In this document: piece by piece, positions 16,458-29,000 of the stretch
How positions within the stretch are numbered: the first letter of the stretch is position 1
How the letters are laid out: each line of letters opens with the position of its first letter
Source of the DNA: Pseudomonas phage 201phi2-1
Sequence record: NC_010821.1
DNA length: 32,000 nucleotides
Reading direction: 5' to 3' (one strand)
Notes under the pieces: generated by a model
Seen by the model: the letters and a program-made list of their open reading frames with translations, nothing else
Told to the model about the DNA's origin: nothing
Database searches by the model: none
Position numbers and translations under genes: made by a program

Positions 16458-17580
16458 TTACAGTTCCTCGATAAACACCAGCTACCCGTTTAGAGAGAGC
16501 TTTCAAAAGAATGCTGGTCGTTGCGATTAGTTTAGGAGACATTACCATCCGTTCTTCCACAGAGGTGTTGCCGAAGATGATGTCAATTGGAGTGCCGTCT
16601 TCCAGAGTGTTAGTGCCAGTCATCACACGAGAGATAACAGTCTTCATCTGGTTACACAGTACAGCTTTGTCACCTGTACCGAATGGGATATCATGGTCGA
16701 TGTAAATACGAATAACCATGCTATCTGGTTCCAAGATCTGACCTTTAATACGGAAGGAGGAATCAACCTCACCCGAATAAGCATTACGTCCAGTTTGCTG
16801 AGCAATCTCTGCACGTGCTTTGTCTGAGGCTTCTGCGAGTTCACGCAGGTTATCAGACATGTCTTCGATGTCACCATGATAGAAACATTCGATCTTAGAA
16901 ACCGTACCTACGACCTTAGCAGTAGGGGTAGAAGACGACAGTCGTTTGAGCGTCTCAATAGAGGCATCATCAAACAGCGAGCCTGCGGCCGTTTCGGGGT
17001 CTTCAATAATACACAATATTGAACTGAGATCCAGATGGTCACCCGGCTGAACCAATTCAGATACGTGCTGATCAAACCGAACGATAACGTTCTTCACGTC
17101 AGTGGTCTGTGTATTAAGCTTCTTAGCAATAGACTCAGAAACTACCGATCCGTCTTCCAGAGTGTCCAAGTTGTCATCAAACGCAACTACACCGATTACC
17201 CCAGGCATCAGAGAAACCTGATCTGGATTGTAACGGTCTTCTTTGAAATATTTCCGGTTGTATGTAATTGTGTCACCACGTTTAAATTTGTCACCTTTCT
17301 TAAACTTGGTAACCAATTCGTGTGGATACACAACACCCGCAGCTGAACCGTGAATCGTGCCAAGGGGCATTGATTCAACTTCACCATCGGCGTACTGTAC
17401 AGTAATACCGTGTTTGTCCAACGCAACTACTTGACCATCTTGCTCTGCTGCTGTAGCAAAGATACTCGATGTACGTTGACCTACGACCTGTTCGTAACCT
17501 GTACGTACAGGCGAAAGATCGTAACCGTCAGCATACAGACCTTGTTGTTGCTGAATCGAAGCAAAGCCGATCCGCTTCAT
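16441..17580 (-). CDS. RNA polymerase beta subunit, exon 2 (C-terminal 379 aa)
   Basis: Contains beta catalytic-region motifs 'FGTGDKAVLCNQMKTVIS' (cf. bacterial 'GDKMAGRHGNKGVIS') and 'EDGTPIDIIFGN'. Begins MKRIGFASIQQQQGL, matching bacterial 'ANRALMGANMQRQAV'. Confidence 0.88.
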   Translation of the reverse strand: MKRIGFASIQQQQGLYADGYDLSPVRTGYEQVVGQRTSSIFATAAEQDGQVVALDKHGITVQYADGEVESMPLGTIHGSAAGVVYPHELVTKFKKGDKFKRGDTITYNRKYFKEDRYNPDQVSLMPGVIGVVAFDDNLDTLEDGSVVSESIAKKLNTQTTDVKNVIVRFDQHVSELVQPGDHLDLSSILCIIEDPETAAGSLFDDASIETLKRLSSSTPTAKVVGTVSKIECFYHGDIEDMSDNLRELAEASDKARAEIAQQTGRNAYSGEVDSSFRIKGQILEPDSMVIRIYIDHDIPFGTGDKAVLCNQMKTVISRVMTGTNTLEDGTPIDIIFGNTSVEERMVMSPKLIATTSILLKALSKRVAGVYRGTVNAKAK

Positions 17581-17916
17581 CGTGATATTCAGTATGAGTC
17601 GTTAATTCATACCCGCGCCATTACGCGCAGCTGCATGTCGCCATGCAGACTAGACTATATCTTCATCTCAGTGAGATGCTCCCCATTTCCACCCACTTGG
17701 GTGTACACCGTGATAAGCGGTTAGTCGTTGAACGTTCCTTACATTTCTGTAAGGCTTCGCTGCTGATTGTCTCAGAGAGATATCCCAGCAATTAAAGGAG
17801 ATTCCATCTAGGTATCGCTACCTAGTGGGACTGTATCTATTAAATCTTTGTATTGGATAAACCAAGTTGTCGACCACACTCAATGTAGCGTAGACTTTAC
17901 AAACATTCAATACACA
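17581..17916 (-). ncRNA. Group I self-splicing intron (336 nt, no internal ORF) in the RNAP beta gene
   Basis: Minus-strand core elements: P AATTGCTGGG (17793-17784), Q AATCAGCAGC (17768-17759), R GTTCAACGACTA (17733-17722), S AAGATATAGTC (17663-17653). Exon 1 ends in T, intron ends in G. Excision restores HDD|MKR in frame. Confidence 0.93.
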
Positions 17917-20900
17917 ATCATCGTGGGCAATACCAACACCCAGCAATGCAGAAGTCGAAAGCAGTTTAGACTTACCATCTTTAGATGGGTCATACAAACG
18001 GGTCAAACCACGCATCGATGTGAAGTTAGCATCTGGCGTCATGTAAGCAATAATACCTACGTCACCAGAGTCAACAGTCGACTCAGATACAACACCCAAA
18101 TCAGACTCACCATAAATACGAGTACGAGCAACCATCGATACCGCTGCACGCCCACCATCACCACGATAGGTCATGGCTTCTTGTTCACGCAGGTTAGCGA
18201 TTGGGTTGGAGTCTTCAATCGTCGCTACAGTCGGGTCGTTGAGTTTAGTCCATACTTCATGACGATCCAGAATCACCTTGACATCAGTGGAACCTTCACG
18301 TGCATTGTAACGCTTGATGGCCTTAGACAACGAACTGAAGATCTGACCTGCAATACGTTCGTAACCACGATAGCGCATGTACTGACCATCTACTTCACCC
18401 GGAGACCAATCTTCCATCAACAGTTCAACCGATCTGAACAGCAGACCTTGGAAGTCTGTCGGTTCACCCATCTCTATCAGCATACCTTCAGTGATCGGAT
18501 CAACGAATGCCTCAAACAGGAAATCGATTTCACGAATGAAACGGTTACCCATGTCTTGTTCGATCAGCACACGGTGATACACATCCTTCTTATCGAAGTC
18601 ATAACGAGAGTAATTACGCAGCACTTTGTGATAACGACGCAGACCACCTAAGACCAACATCGAACGATAATCATCGCGTGGGAACACAAGGATCTCATCG
18701 TTGAATGCCAATGTGTAATCGTCGCCAGTCACCACGATACTCTTACCACGTGAATGCGCTTGGTAGCTAACGCCCAACAGATCCAGCAAGTTAGTCAACC
18801 CGAGTTGATAGCCCAATACAAAACCAATTGGGATGTCCTTACCCGAGATCTTAACGTCAACAGCTTCCAGTGGAGCTTTAGCAGCGTTGATACCAGTCAT
18901 GTCCAACAGCGTACCCATTGGTTCCAACTCGTTACCTTCTTTAAGATAGAAGATACCAGCTTTATCCAACAGAATAGCATGTCCTTCACGAACACCTACC
19001 ATTACGTATCCATCACGTTCATTGAACTCTGGATCGATGTTGAACTTTTCCTTAAAGTACTTAGCTCGATTAGGGTAGTTGAAGTAAAGGTGATTGGCAC
19101 CGTTGTCAATACTAGCGAACTTACCGGCCATGGCCGAGTAAACACGTGGTAGGTGATATTCAGACAGATCCAACTCAATGTATTTCTGGTTGGTCACAAT
19201 CGGGTTAGTAGCATCCCGAGCTTTCGTATCGATCTGACGAGTTAACCAAACATCAAAAGCATGCTCTGCACGAGGTGAACGCATAACGAATGTTTTATTG
19301 GTATAGCTAGTCAGCGCAACCCGAGTAGGAGATACTTTACGGATTGGAATATCTGCCCGCTGAACGCGTTGACGATACGTTACGCCGTTACTGAGGAAAC
19401 GACCATCTTTATCGATAACAGGAATTGTAAAGTTAAGTTGTGAAGCCATACCACGAACCGGCTTAACTGTAACCGTGAAGGTTTGAGTGTGGTTCATAGC
19501 GTCTTCGTTTTCTTGAATCTTGATATCTGTTACAGCCACGCCTTGACGTTGAATCGCCATGATCGATTGCAAGATATCTTTTGGTAACAGAGTCTTGATG
19601 TACTTACGCATCATCGACTTGTGTACCGAACGCAACATGGATTTATCCATGATGGTTGTTTTATCAGGGAACTCGTGAGCAGGTACCTCGAAGTCTTCCT
19701 TGGCGTATTGCATGGCTTCTTTAACAGTCAGACCACTACCAAATGGATCAGGCATTTCTTCATAACGCTGGGCGTCATCAATAGCCATCTCGAATGTACG
19801 TTCAGAGATCATACCCACTTTAGCCAGACGGAATGCACGCTTTGCTACACCATCCAACATCTTATCGCCAGTAGTGAACTCTTGGTCAATAATCGTAGCT
19901 GGACGAGCCTGTTCCACCTTGAGGGTCTTAGCTGCGACCCCACTGAGTTCATCGTTTTCGATGTTAAGCGTAGTACGTTCAAGATCCAGCTCTGGTGGTG
20001 GCTCAAAAGTAACCTGCAAAATATCCAGATCGAACGACCGGTATACTTTACTGAGAGGTGGCGTTACCACCTCAGGTTCTTCGATATCGAGGTCAACACT
20101 GACTTGCTTAGCTTTGATCTCTACCGGTTCTTCCTCTTCAGAGAACTCTTCTTCGTCTTCATTAACGACGATTACTGGCTCATCAGATTCTTCAGCTTCG
20201 GCTTCGATCATGGCATTGGCTTGAACGTTAGCATCGTTCTCGATCAGTTGATCGTTACCAGCAGCATACTCAACCAGAGTAGTCATCAAACTAACAAAGC
20301 GGCGCTGAATCAACTCAGGTTTGAAGTAAGCTTCCATGCCGAATTCATCGACATAGGTTTCAAAGCCGTATGTCAATCGTTCGCTAATACCCATATCAGA
20401 GAGGTTACGTTTCTCTTCATAGGTCTCATAGTTACCGTCGGCATCTTGATAAGTCTCAAAAGTAACTGCATCTTCCAGTAGCTTGAGTTTATCCGCTTCT
20501 TTCTCTTCTTCGGTCTGTTCACGCCATTCGTCCAGCTTACCCAAGTTGATAACAAAGAAGCTACCTTGAACTCGGATAAAGAAGTTGATCTGCGGGAAGT
20601 ATTTCTTATCGACTTTAGAGACAAACGAAGTCTTACGATCTGGACCCAAGAATCGATACAGATCAAACAGATCCATCAATTCACCTGTACGGAAAGTCTC
20701 CAACAGGTTTTGAGTTTGAGACGTTTCGAACATCTTGAACTGAGCCATAGTCGGCATCGATTCAGGAACATGCAGCTCGATGAAATGGTTCCACGTTGGG
20801 AACCGAGTGCAGGCATCTTGTACCCCATCCCAGAAAGTAGCCGTGTCGTTCACCCAACGATAGTAGTTAGCTTTATAGCTAGCGATGTATCGATACAGTG

Positions 20901-21279
20901 GATTCAGCAGGTTGTAGTTAAACAACGCTACGTTCTGTTGGTTCAGTTTAACCGATTCATCACGACGCAGTGGTTTGAAGAAACGATTCTGTCTACGGAA
21001 GTCATTAATCAAAGTAGGTGGTAACACCGAAGTACGCTTTGGGTTACCTACTTCAGACTTAAGTTCGGTGATCTGTTCAAGGAACACCTTACCTTTAAGT
21101 TTGGCAATGATTGGATCTACTTGCGATGGACCTAAGACGGCTTGGTTATCCGCATGAAAGTGATACACTGTTTCCATAGGGAAATCGAATTTACCAATCG
21201 CGTGCAGACGCGGAGACTGAAGCTCCGCTGCCTGACGTAGACCAAAGCTTCTTAAAAACTGGTCAATTTTTAAACGCAT
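17917..21279 (-). CDS. RNA polymerase beta subunit, exon 1 (N-terminal 1121 aa); track ORF reads 32 codons into the intron to 17818
   Basis: Motif 'RTRIYGESDLGVVSESTVDSGDVGIIAYMTPDANF' and 'STSALLGVGIAHDD' corresponding to bacterial 'GASLIPFLEHDD'. The two exons encode 1500 aa together. Confidence 0.9.
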
Positions 21280-21282
21280 GTT

Positions 21283-22935
21283 TTACTTCCTTGGGATAGG
21301 ATCGCCTGTCATATAACGCAGCGTCAAGTTAAGGGTATGAATATTCAGAGAGAATGCGATACCGCCACCGGCTCGAATATAGGCAAGACGGGATTTAAAG
21401 AATTTGTTGCACTCTGCAATGGACTCTTCCGAATAGCATGCAATCCACGAGGTGGTGTCACCATCGAAGTCAGCTGTGAGGGGAGCAAGGGTAGCAGGAG
21501 GTAGACTAATGGAGTCGTGCCACTGTGCTGGTTTGTTCAGTTCGAATACAGGGTATTCTAATGCAACTGGTAAAGTGTCATCACGTTCCCAATCCCAACC
21601 TAGTGGATAGCGCATCTCACCTTTAACAGTGGTTTTCAGGTACATGCGGCAAGGGATGGACGAGTTATAGTTCTCGATCGGGTAACGGGTAACAAAACCT
21701 ACAGTGGTATTCCACATAGATAAGCCTGCCAAGTAAACCAGCTCCGAATAAGTGAGTGGTCTAATGTTAGCCTTGTCTAAATGCTTTGGAAACTCAGAGA
21801 TATCGCGGAACACTTTAAATGTTTTATCCGGTCCTAGGTATACCAATGCCAGATAATGACCTTCGATCTCAATAGCCCGTGAACGCTGATCCACTACCTT
21901 AAGTTCGTTGATCACTTTCTCCAAACCATCAGGTGTACCCCATCGGTCGATTGTATCAACACCGATATCAACTGGCACCAACTTAAGCGTCTTCTTATCA
22001 ATAAGCTCAACTTGCTGTGTAAGGGTATCAAAGATACCGCTGAGTACAGAGTTACGCAAACCGAAGATCGTCTTAGGTTTAACCGATACAGCACCTTGAT
22101 ACAAACCGATCGCAACGTCTTTAAACTTAGGACGGTTAGGGAGGTCCAAGTCAGCAGCGTTAGTATCCAGAGAACTAATAACGTTTCGAGTACCGTTAAA
22201 GACTTTACGCGAAGCCCAGTTCGCCTGAATGAAACCACCTTTACCTGAGAGCAGTTTCTCATAATGCAGGTAGATCTCAAGTACTGTGTTCTGCAAAGCT
22301 ACACGCTTACGATCGTAAATCGACATGTCGTCATTAGGACCGAAGTACTCAGGAACGTCACGGGCTTGCATTAATAGACGACGATACATCTCGTTAACTT
22401 CGTCCATCGTAGTTCGACCGAATGCATCGATCTCAACTTCACGATAAGCGGCAGGTGCTACCAAGAATTGTTTCAGGATACAGTTAGGTTTATATTTCTC
22501 GATCAGTTGCAGTCGATTCAATCGAATACCGGAGCCTGTCGACTGGAAGTCAACGTTCTTCCAGTTATCAAAGAAGAAAGTATAACCTGTTTGACCTTCC
22601 AGTTCGTTGGACGGAACAAAGTCACGTAGGTTCCGATCGAAAATAGCAAACGCCTTACCGAGGATAATTTGTTCGTAGAAACTCTTGAGCTTTAGAATGT
22701 TACGGTAGATAACCGGATGGATTACGGGCAAACCCAGATCTATGTAACCAAAACGAGACTCACGGTCATTCGATCCGATCCGACCAAAGATCTCAACGGA
22801 GAACAAACCTTTCTCGTGAAAGTTACCGCCCAAGCCTTCGAAGATTTCGTGACTGGTGACTTGACCCAACATAGCGAGCTGTTGTTGAGTTGGAATCAGC
22901 AGTGAAATATTGAAGGGCAATAATGCCTTTTTCAT
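21283..22935 (-). CDS. RNA polymerase beta' subunit, N-terminal portion (split subunit, 550 aa)
   Basis: 'LTADFDGDTTSW' equals the catalytic NADFDGD motif; ORF ends ~50 aa later, as expected for split beta' of phiKZ-like phages. Confidence 0.9.
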   Translation of the reverse strand: MKKALLPFNISLLIPTQQQLAMLGQVTSHEIFEGLGGNFHEKGLFSVEIFGRIGSNDRESRFGYIDLGLPVIHPVIYRNILKLKSFYEQIILGKAFAIFDRNLRDFVPSNELEGQTGYTFFFDNWKNVDFQSTGSGIRLNRLQLIEKYKPNCILKQFLVAPAAYREVEIDAFGRTTMDEVNEMYRRLLMQARDVPEYFGPNDDMSIYDRKRVALQNTVLEIYLHYEKLLSGKGGFIQANWASRKVFNGTRNVISSLDTNAADLDLPNRPKFKDVAIGLYQGAVSVKPKTIFGLRNSVLSGIFDTLTQQVELIDKKTLKLVPVDIGVDTIDRWGTPDGLEKVINELKVVDQRSRAIEIEGHYLALVYLGPDKTFKVFRDISEFPKHLDKANIRPLTYSELVYLAGLSMWNTTVGFVTRYPIENYNSSIPCRMYLKTTVKGEMRYPLGWDWERDDTLPVALEYPVFELNKPAQWHDSISLPPATLAPLTADFDGDTTSWIACYSEESIAECNKFFKSRLAYIRAGGGIAFSLNIHTLNLTLRYMTGDPIPRK

Positions 22936-23006
22936 CTTACTTTACCTCAATGGGGTGTTTACGTGTTAACGATATGAATCTTTAAGATATCGATGGAGTT
23001 ATTACA
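22936..23006. promoter_or_regulatory. Divergent promoter region between RNAP block and virion protein block
   Basis: 71-nt gap between divergent starts, with inverted repeat CGATAT-11nt-ATATCG (22970-22992). Confidence 0.5.
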
Positions 23007-26000
23007 ATGGCTAAAAAGAGTGTGCCCTTACGGAAACCAGCTGGTTCTGATGGGCAAGGCAACATCAAAGTACCCGGTGGGCCAGTTGTTCTGGACCTGG
23101 GTGATTTCGACGATATCTTTGGTCCAATGGAAAGTGAATCGCCAAAGCAGGGTCCATTGGGTCAGTTCTACACTGGACTCAAAGACTCACTTAGTGATCG
23201 ATTTAAAACAAAAGACATCGTGCGTAACTTCCTGCGCTCGGCGGCACCTGACGGTATTTCTAACGTCATGGGTTTTGCCGACGAGGCTATGGCGGTAACA
23301 CGCGACATCAAAGAATCGCTGGAACGTACTAACGCTGCTGATTTACAATACATTGCCAAGAAAGCGCAACAGATCTTACCTCAGGTTAAAGACTACGTCT
23401 CTGAGGACACTTACAACAACATCAGTGAAGGTCTAGAGAATAAGATTGATGAGTATGACTATACCATCCAATCCGGTCGAGACCAGACAGCAATTCGTCG
23501 CGCTCGTCAAGAAGAGAGCGACAGCAATCAAATAAAAGCGGCGATGGATAACATCGCTCTAACAGAACGTTTAAACCATAACAAGTCTGAACAGGCTGCT
23601 AACGCACGTCATAACCAAAGTCGTGCCGAGAACTCGATCCGTGATGTCTTAACGACTAAACGTTTTGACTTCATGGCTAAGTCCATGGGTATGGCAGTTG
23701 ATTCATTACAACGCCTTGCAGGTTATAATGAACAAGTTGATTATGGGTTTCAAAGAAAAGGTTTAGAGTTACAGTTCCGTAGTTATCTCGGTATCAAAGA
23801 ACTGGTTAAGCTTTCTGAAGCGCACCTAGAACTTAATGCTCGGGCTTATAACTCGATCGTCCGTAACACAGCATTGGCGGATCATCAGAAGACTAATCGA
23901 AAAGATTTAGGTCAGATAGGTAATGGGCAATCCAATAGTCGTGGTTTTGCATCTAATGCAGCACGTGCAATTGGTGGGAAAACCCTCTCTCAGTTCTACG
24001 GTAATTATAGTGGTAACGTACAGTCTCGAGTGACCGACTCATTGAGTCAAAAGCTCGGTATGGCGGTACAAGCTATTAAGATGGGCGAGGCTGGCCCTAA
24101 CCTTTGGGATAACAAGTATTCGTTTGCTGGCGGTATTGCCGGAGACTTCCTGTCAGATTTCCTTCTTAACGACTTAGTCCCAATGATGGGTCGTGAAGCA
24201 CGTAGTCCACTGACCAAGCTTTCTAATAAATACGGTGGTCGTCATAACCAAGCTGGTTACCTCATGGACAACATGCCGGCATTCATGCAGGAGTTCGTGA
24301 ACAACAACCAAAATCAACATGGTTGGAAAGGTTCAATCCGTAATTTGATCGCCCCCTACGTTCCACAGTTTGGATTGCAGGATCGGTTACAGAACGGAAC
24401 GTTCCAAACAATTGACCAGCATGCGGCATTTAACCAAGCCACCCAACGTAGTATCGTTGACGCTATCCCAGGCTACCTTGCTCGTATCTTACAAGAGATG
24501 CGAATGATCCGTACTGGTAGTGACCAAGTAGCGCGCGAAGTTTTTGACATGACCACGGGTAAGTTTGGTGTCGAAGCTAATATGCATGACAACATTCAGA
24601 ATCGTATCTTACCAGAGAATGCTGTTCGTAGTGCTTCGGCTACTATTAACGATGCACTCAACCAGATCGACAAAGATGGTAAGCTTAGTGCCGGTGCGCG
24701 AAAGGCATTAGGTGAGCGGTTATTACGCGACTCATCATCTAACCAACGTTTCGATCCAGAGGCGTATATCCGCACACGCGGTTACGCCCAAGGCACTAGC
24801 CCAGAAGTAGCTGCTGAACTTGAGCAACATTTCCGTGGTCAGTTTGAGTTTGACAATAAGGGTAAGATGGCTGATACCGCCGCTAACCACCAACTACGCC
24901 AAGAGTTCTCTCAAGCCTTCTTAGACATCCGTAGTATTTCTCGTGATCCAATCAAAGAAATCAATCGGATGATTAACTCTGGTCATACTGAACCCCTCCG
25001 TGCGTTGGGTATCATTGTTACTGAGAAAGGTTACGATCGGATTAACTATCCACGTATCTGGGAAATCCTTCGTAGTGGCGTAACGGGTCATAACCCTTAT
25101 GCCCCTGGTGGTGATGGAAACGATCCTAACACAATCGATCGTTCTGGTGAGGCAGGTCATAAATCTTTTATGGGTCCACAACACCCAGGTCTCGTTAAAG
25201 CTTTTGCAGCAAATAAGCTTGATGCTTTCCGTACTAAGTATGCTCCAGAGGAACAAGCAGCTCGTGACGCGATGGCTAAGCACCTTAAAGCAATGAGAGG
25301 TCGCTTTGGTTCTGCGTCTAAGAACGTCCAAGAGACCTTTGCAGACCTTACAGGCGGAAAGGGTACCGATTATACTCCTGGCATTCAAAGCTTCTCTAAG
25401 ATGATGTCAGCGGGCCCAGGCTTTGGTCCACAGAATCTAGGTGGTGGTTACTCCTCGTTTGTAGGTCAAGCTGTAGACGACCATAAAGACTCGATGCAAG
25501 GCTATGTCGCTAACGGCATGCAGCAACTCACTGACCTTTATAGTTCGTTTGATCCAACTCAACCAGTTATCAAAGGTATTGACTTTAGTATGGGTGATCT
25601 AATCGACATCAATACCAAGAAGATAATTACAAAGCCTTCTGATATCACAGGTGAAGTAATCAACCGACTCGGTCAGACTGTTGTAACTGCAACTGAAGCA
25701 GCAGCTGGCCTACTCTCACCTAAGGGTGAAGTTATTGTCAAAGCCGTTGAAGCTGGTGCAGCTGCAATTAGTAAAGCTATCGGGTTGAACCGAAAGACTA
25801 ACCAATCTGAGTCGTCTACCGACAATGAGTCAACAGATCCTAACGGGGCTGAACAACTCAATAAACAGGACTGGTCGTTGGGTCCTGGTGAGAATCCTAT
25901 TATCACCGCACGTGGTATGTTGAATGGCGACTATCGTGACGCAGCGGGTAAGATCATTGATTCGATCGCTGACATCAGTTCTGACGTTTATGACAAGACT

Positions 26001-29000
26001 GGTAACTTAGTATTAACGGCTAAAGAGTTTGCTAACGGTCTTTGGTCTAAACGTACTGGTAAACGATACCGTCCGACTAAGGGGTTGTCTAAATTACTTG
26101 CCCTTGCAAAAGGCGCATCAAAGTTCTCTGGAACTAATGCCACATCAATGGGCTTTGCTGCCATGAAGTTTGCAGGTAAAGCAGCACTAGGTGTAGCTTC
26201 CGCAGCATTTAACTTTGTAATGGATAACCAGAATGCATACCTTCCAGGTGAACCTGTTCCGGTAATCACTCGTCGGCAATTGCAGGCTGGTGAATATTAC
26301 GATGACAAAGGTAAAACCATCGAAGACTTCGCAGACGTTTATTCTCCTATTTACAATGCTCAAGGTGAGGCAGTAATTGCACCAGAGTTATATAAACAGT
26401 TGACTAACTTCGACGGGTCTAAACACGTACTGGCTAAGAACCGTCGTATCTGGGCTAAATTCATCATGCGTCCTATCCGGGCTGTTCGTGATGCTTATAT
26501 GCGTCAAACCAAACGCTATTACAAATGGCTTGGTAAGACGACAGCGAAAGCGGGAGGTTGGTTAGGCGGTAAATTGTTTGGTGGCTTTGCTAAGAGGGGT
26601 AGTAACCTCTTAGGTTCTGCTTTTGATAGCGTAGAAGATCCAAACACCAAAGCGCAGATCGATGCAACATTAATGGCTTCGCAGCAACAGACTTCTGTAA
26701 TGGAACAAGTGTTGCAGGCTATTCAGGACCTTAAACCAAAAGAGCTTCGTAAGGGTAGTTGGCAAGAACAAGCTGCTCGCAAGATGGGGCTTGGTTCAAA
26801 AGATCCTAAAGCTGCTGGCAAAGACGGCGATGAGAAACAAGCCGGATTCCTTAAACGTGGGTTAGCTGGTTTGGCATCAATGCTTGGCCTTGGTAATAAA
26901 GGTGAGGACGATGACGATGATGGATTCGGTCTTGAGGATGCAGCTGACTTAGCTGACATCGGTGATGCTGCTGGTAATGCTCGTGAACGGGGACGTAGAC
27001 GTCGCGGCGGTAAGCGCGGTTGGTTCGGTCGTATGTGGGACAAAGCCAAAGGTTCCAAGCTCGGTAAGTGGGGTGGTGGTCTGGTCGAGAAAGCGGGTCA
27101 GTCTCGTCTTGGTCAGATGGCCGGTCGTGGCCTAGCCATGGCTGGTGAATCGGCAGCGGGTCGTGCTGGTCTTGGTGTGGTTACTCAGGTAGCTAAGCGT
27201 CCAACGCTCTGGACGGCGGTTGCAGCGGCTTCCGTTGGTATGGGTGCTTACCTATACTCCAGTATCAAAAGCTCGTCTGGTGAGTTCCGTAGACTGCGTC
27301 TGGCACAATACGGTATCCGTGGGATGCGTCGTGAACTGAAGGTACTTGAGCTGGAAGCACTCCTTGAGAAATACACTGACAAGAACTCTGATTCACCGTC
27401 GTTCAGCCTTAATGGTGCCGGGGCTAAAGACATCTTGAGTATCATGGGTATTGATCTGGATAACCAAGCCGAGGTACAGAACTTTGCTAAGTGGCTTGAC
27501 CTGCGTTTTAAACCTGTTTATCTTGCGTGGATCGGTGGTCTTAATAAGATCGGTCAATCTCAGGTTAAGATAAATGAGATCGATGACAAAGTTCCTAAAG
27601 AACTCAAAGCCGACTTGTTGGACTCGGTACGGTTCCCTTACAATGGTGATACCCCATACGCTGTTTTGGTTAACCCATTTGATCCAGATGATACCCCAGA
27701 ACCTAACGCTGAATACATCTCCAAGATGTTCGATGAACTGAAAGCTGAGTACGATCCTGAAAGGAAAGCTGCTGAAGCCAAAGTTGATAAGAAAGGTGAT
27801 GGTAAAGGGACGATGGAGAAAGCGGCTGCTGCTGGTACTATTGGCACTGCTGTTGCAACTGGGAACGCGGCTAAAGACTTGGTAACCAAACAAGCTGCTG
27901 CCGGCGACAAGAACAGTGATGTACTGAAGACTCCTTTGGCCGCTACGGCTGCCGCAGCGTCGAGTATGTCAGGGACAATCGCAAACCTGAACGAACGTAT
28001 CGGTAACTCCATCACGGGGCTCCAAGCGATTCGTATGCGTGCTTACGGTGTACAGACGTTGCATTTGTCTGACGTACGTAGCTTACTGGCTTTGGAAGCG
28101 GTATATGCCAAAGACCTGACTGCGGTAGATGGTGTCGTTGACTACAATGGTGACGAATCTAAACTGCTTGCAGCCGCAGGTGCGTTGTTAGGTAAGGATA
28201 CATCGGTTGGTTCAAGTGATCGTCCTAAACTCTACAACTGGTTGGTTCAACGTTTTGGTCCAACATTCCGTGCCTACTACGGTACAGCTAAAGGTTTAAA
28301 TCCTTCTGCTGAACTTAAGTCTATGGAATCCAAGTTAAGTGGTGCTGATAAAGTAACTGTAGGTCAAGCCGTAATGGGTGCGGTCTATCGTCACGATCAA
28401 ACAGTGTGGGATAGTGAAAGTATCTTTGATGTTAAAGGTCCTTTGTCAGATCTTAAGCGTTTGGCTGATGCCGACTTAGAACAACTGCGGAAAGACTCTG
28501 CGAAGGAAGTCATTGACTCTCCAACCCAGAAAGGTTCCGATCAGATGGCTGGTAAGAATGCTGCTGAAACTGGTGGCAGTTTTGCTGACAAAGTCGTAGG
28601 TACTATCAAAGACACTTGGAACAAAACCACTGAGACTGTATCCGGTGCTTGGAACCGGGCATCTGACGCTGCGCAGGATACATATGCCGGTGCTAAGATT
28701 GCTATCGGTATGGGTCCTGACTACGGTGAGGGTGGTGCCAAAGGTGGTGCTGTTAAATCCACGGGTACAGGCGGCACAATGCTTTCGGGTACAGGTGGTA
28801 AGTTTGAGGAACTCCCTTATCCTTCTGCTAACGGTTCTATCAAAGCAGCATACCCAACTTTGTTGGCTGCTGGTAAGATGACTGGTGTACCGGTAGACTG
28901 GTTGACAGTGATTGCAGGTATTGAATCTAACTTTAACTACGATATCAAAGCATCAACCTCCAGTGCAACTGGTTGGTATCAGTTTATCGACAGTACTTGG

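Noticed and set aside
17581-17916. Beta subunit naturally split into two genes, or disrupted by a frameshift
   Set aside because: The gap contains full group I core motifs and removing exactly 336 nt restores a gap-free alignment to conserved beta; no indel explains 336 nt of unrelated sequence.
17848-20481. Plus-strand ORFs of 267, 132, 286 and 116 aa opposite the beta gene
   Set aside because: They lie antisense to clearly coding RNAP sequence, and their compositions reflect reverse complements of conserved codons.
21283-22935. Beta' gene truncated by mutation or by another intron
   Set aside because: The beta start codon follows 3 nt after the beta' stop, leaving no room for an intron, and split beta' is normal in phiKZ-like phages.
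24921-27893. Minus-strand ORFs of 77-166 aa inside the 2337-aa gene
   Set aside because: Shadow ORFs within a long intact coding frame with a recognisable domain; no independent signals.
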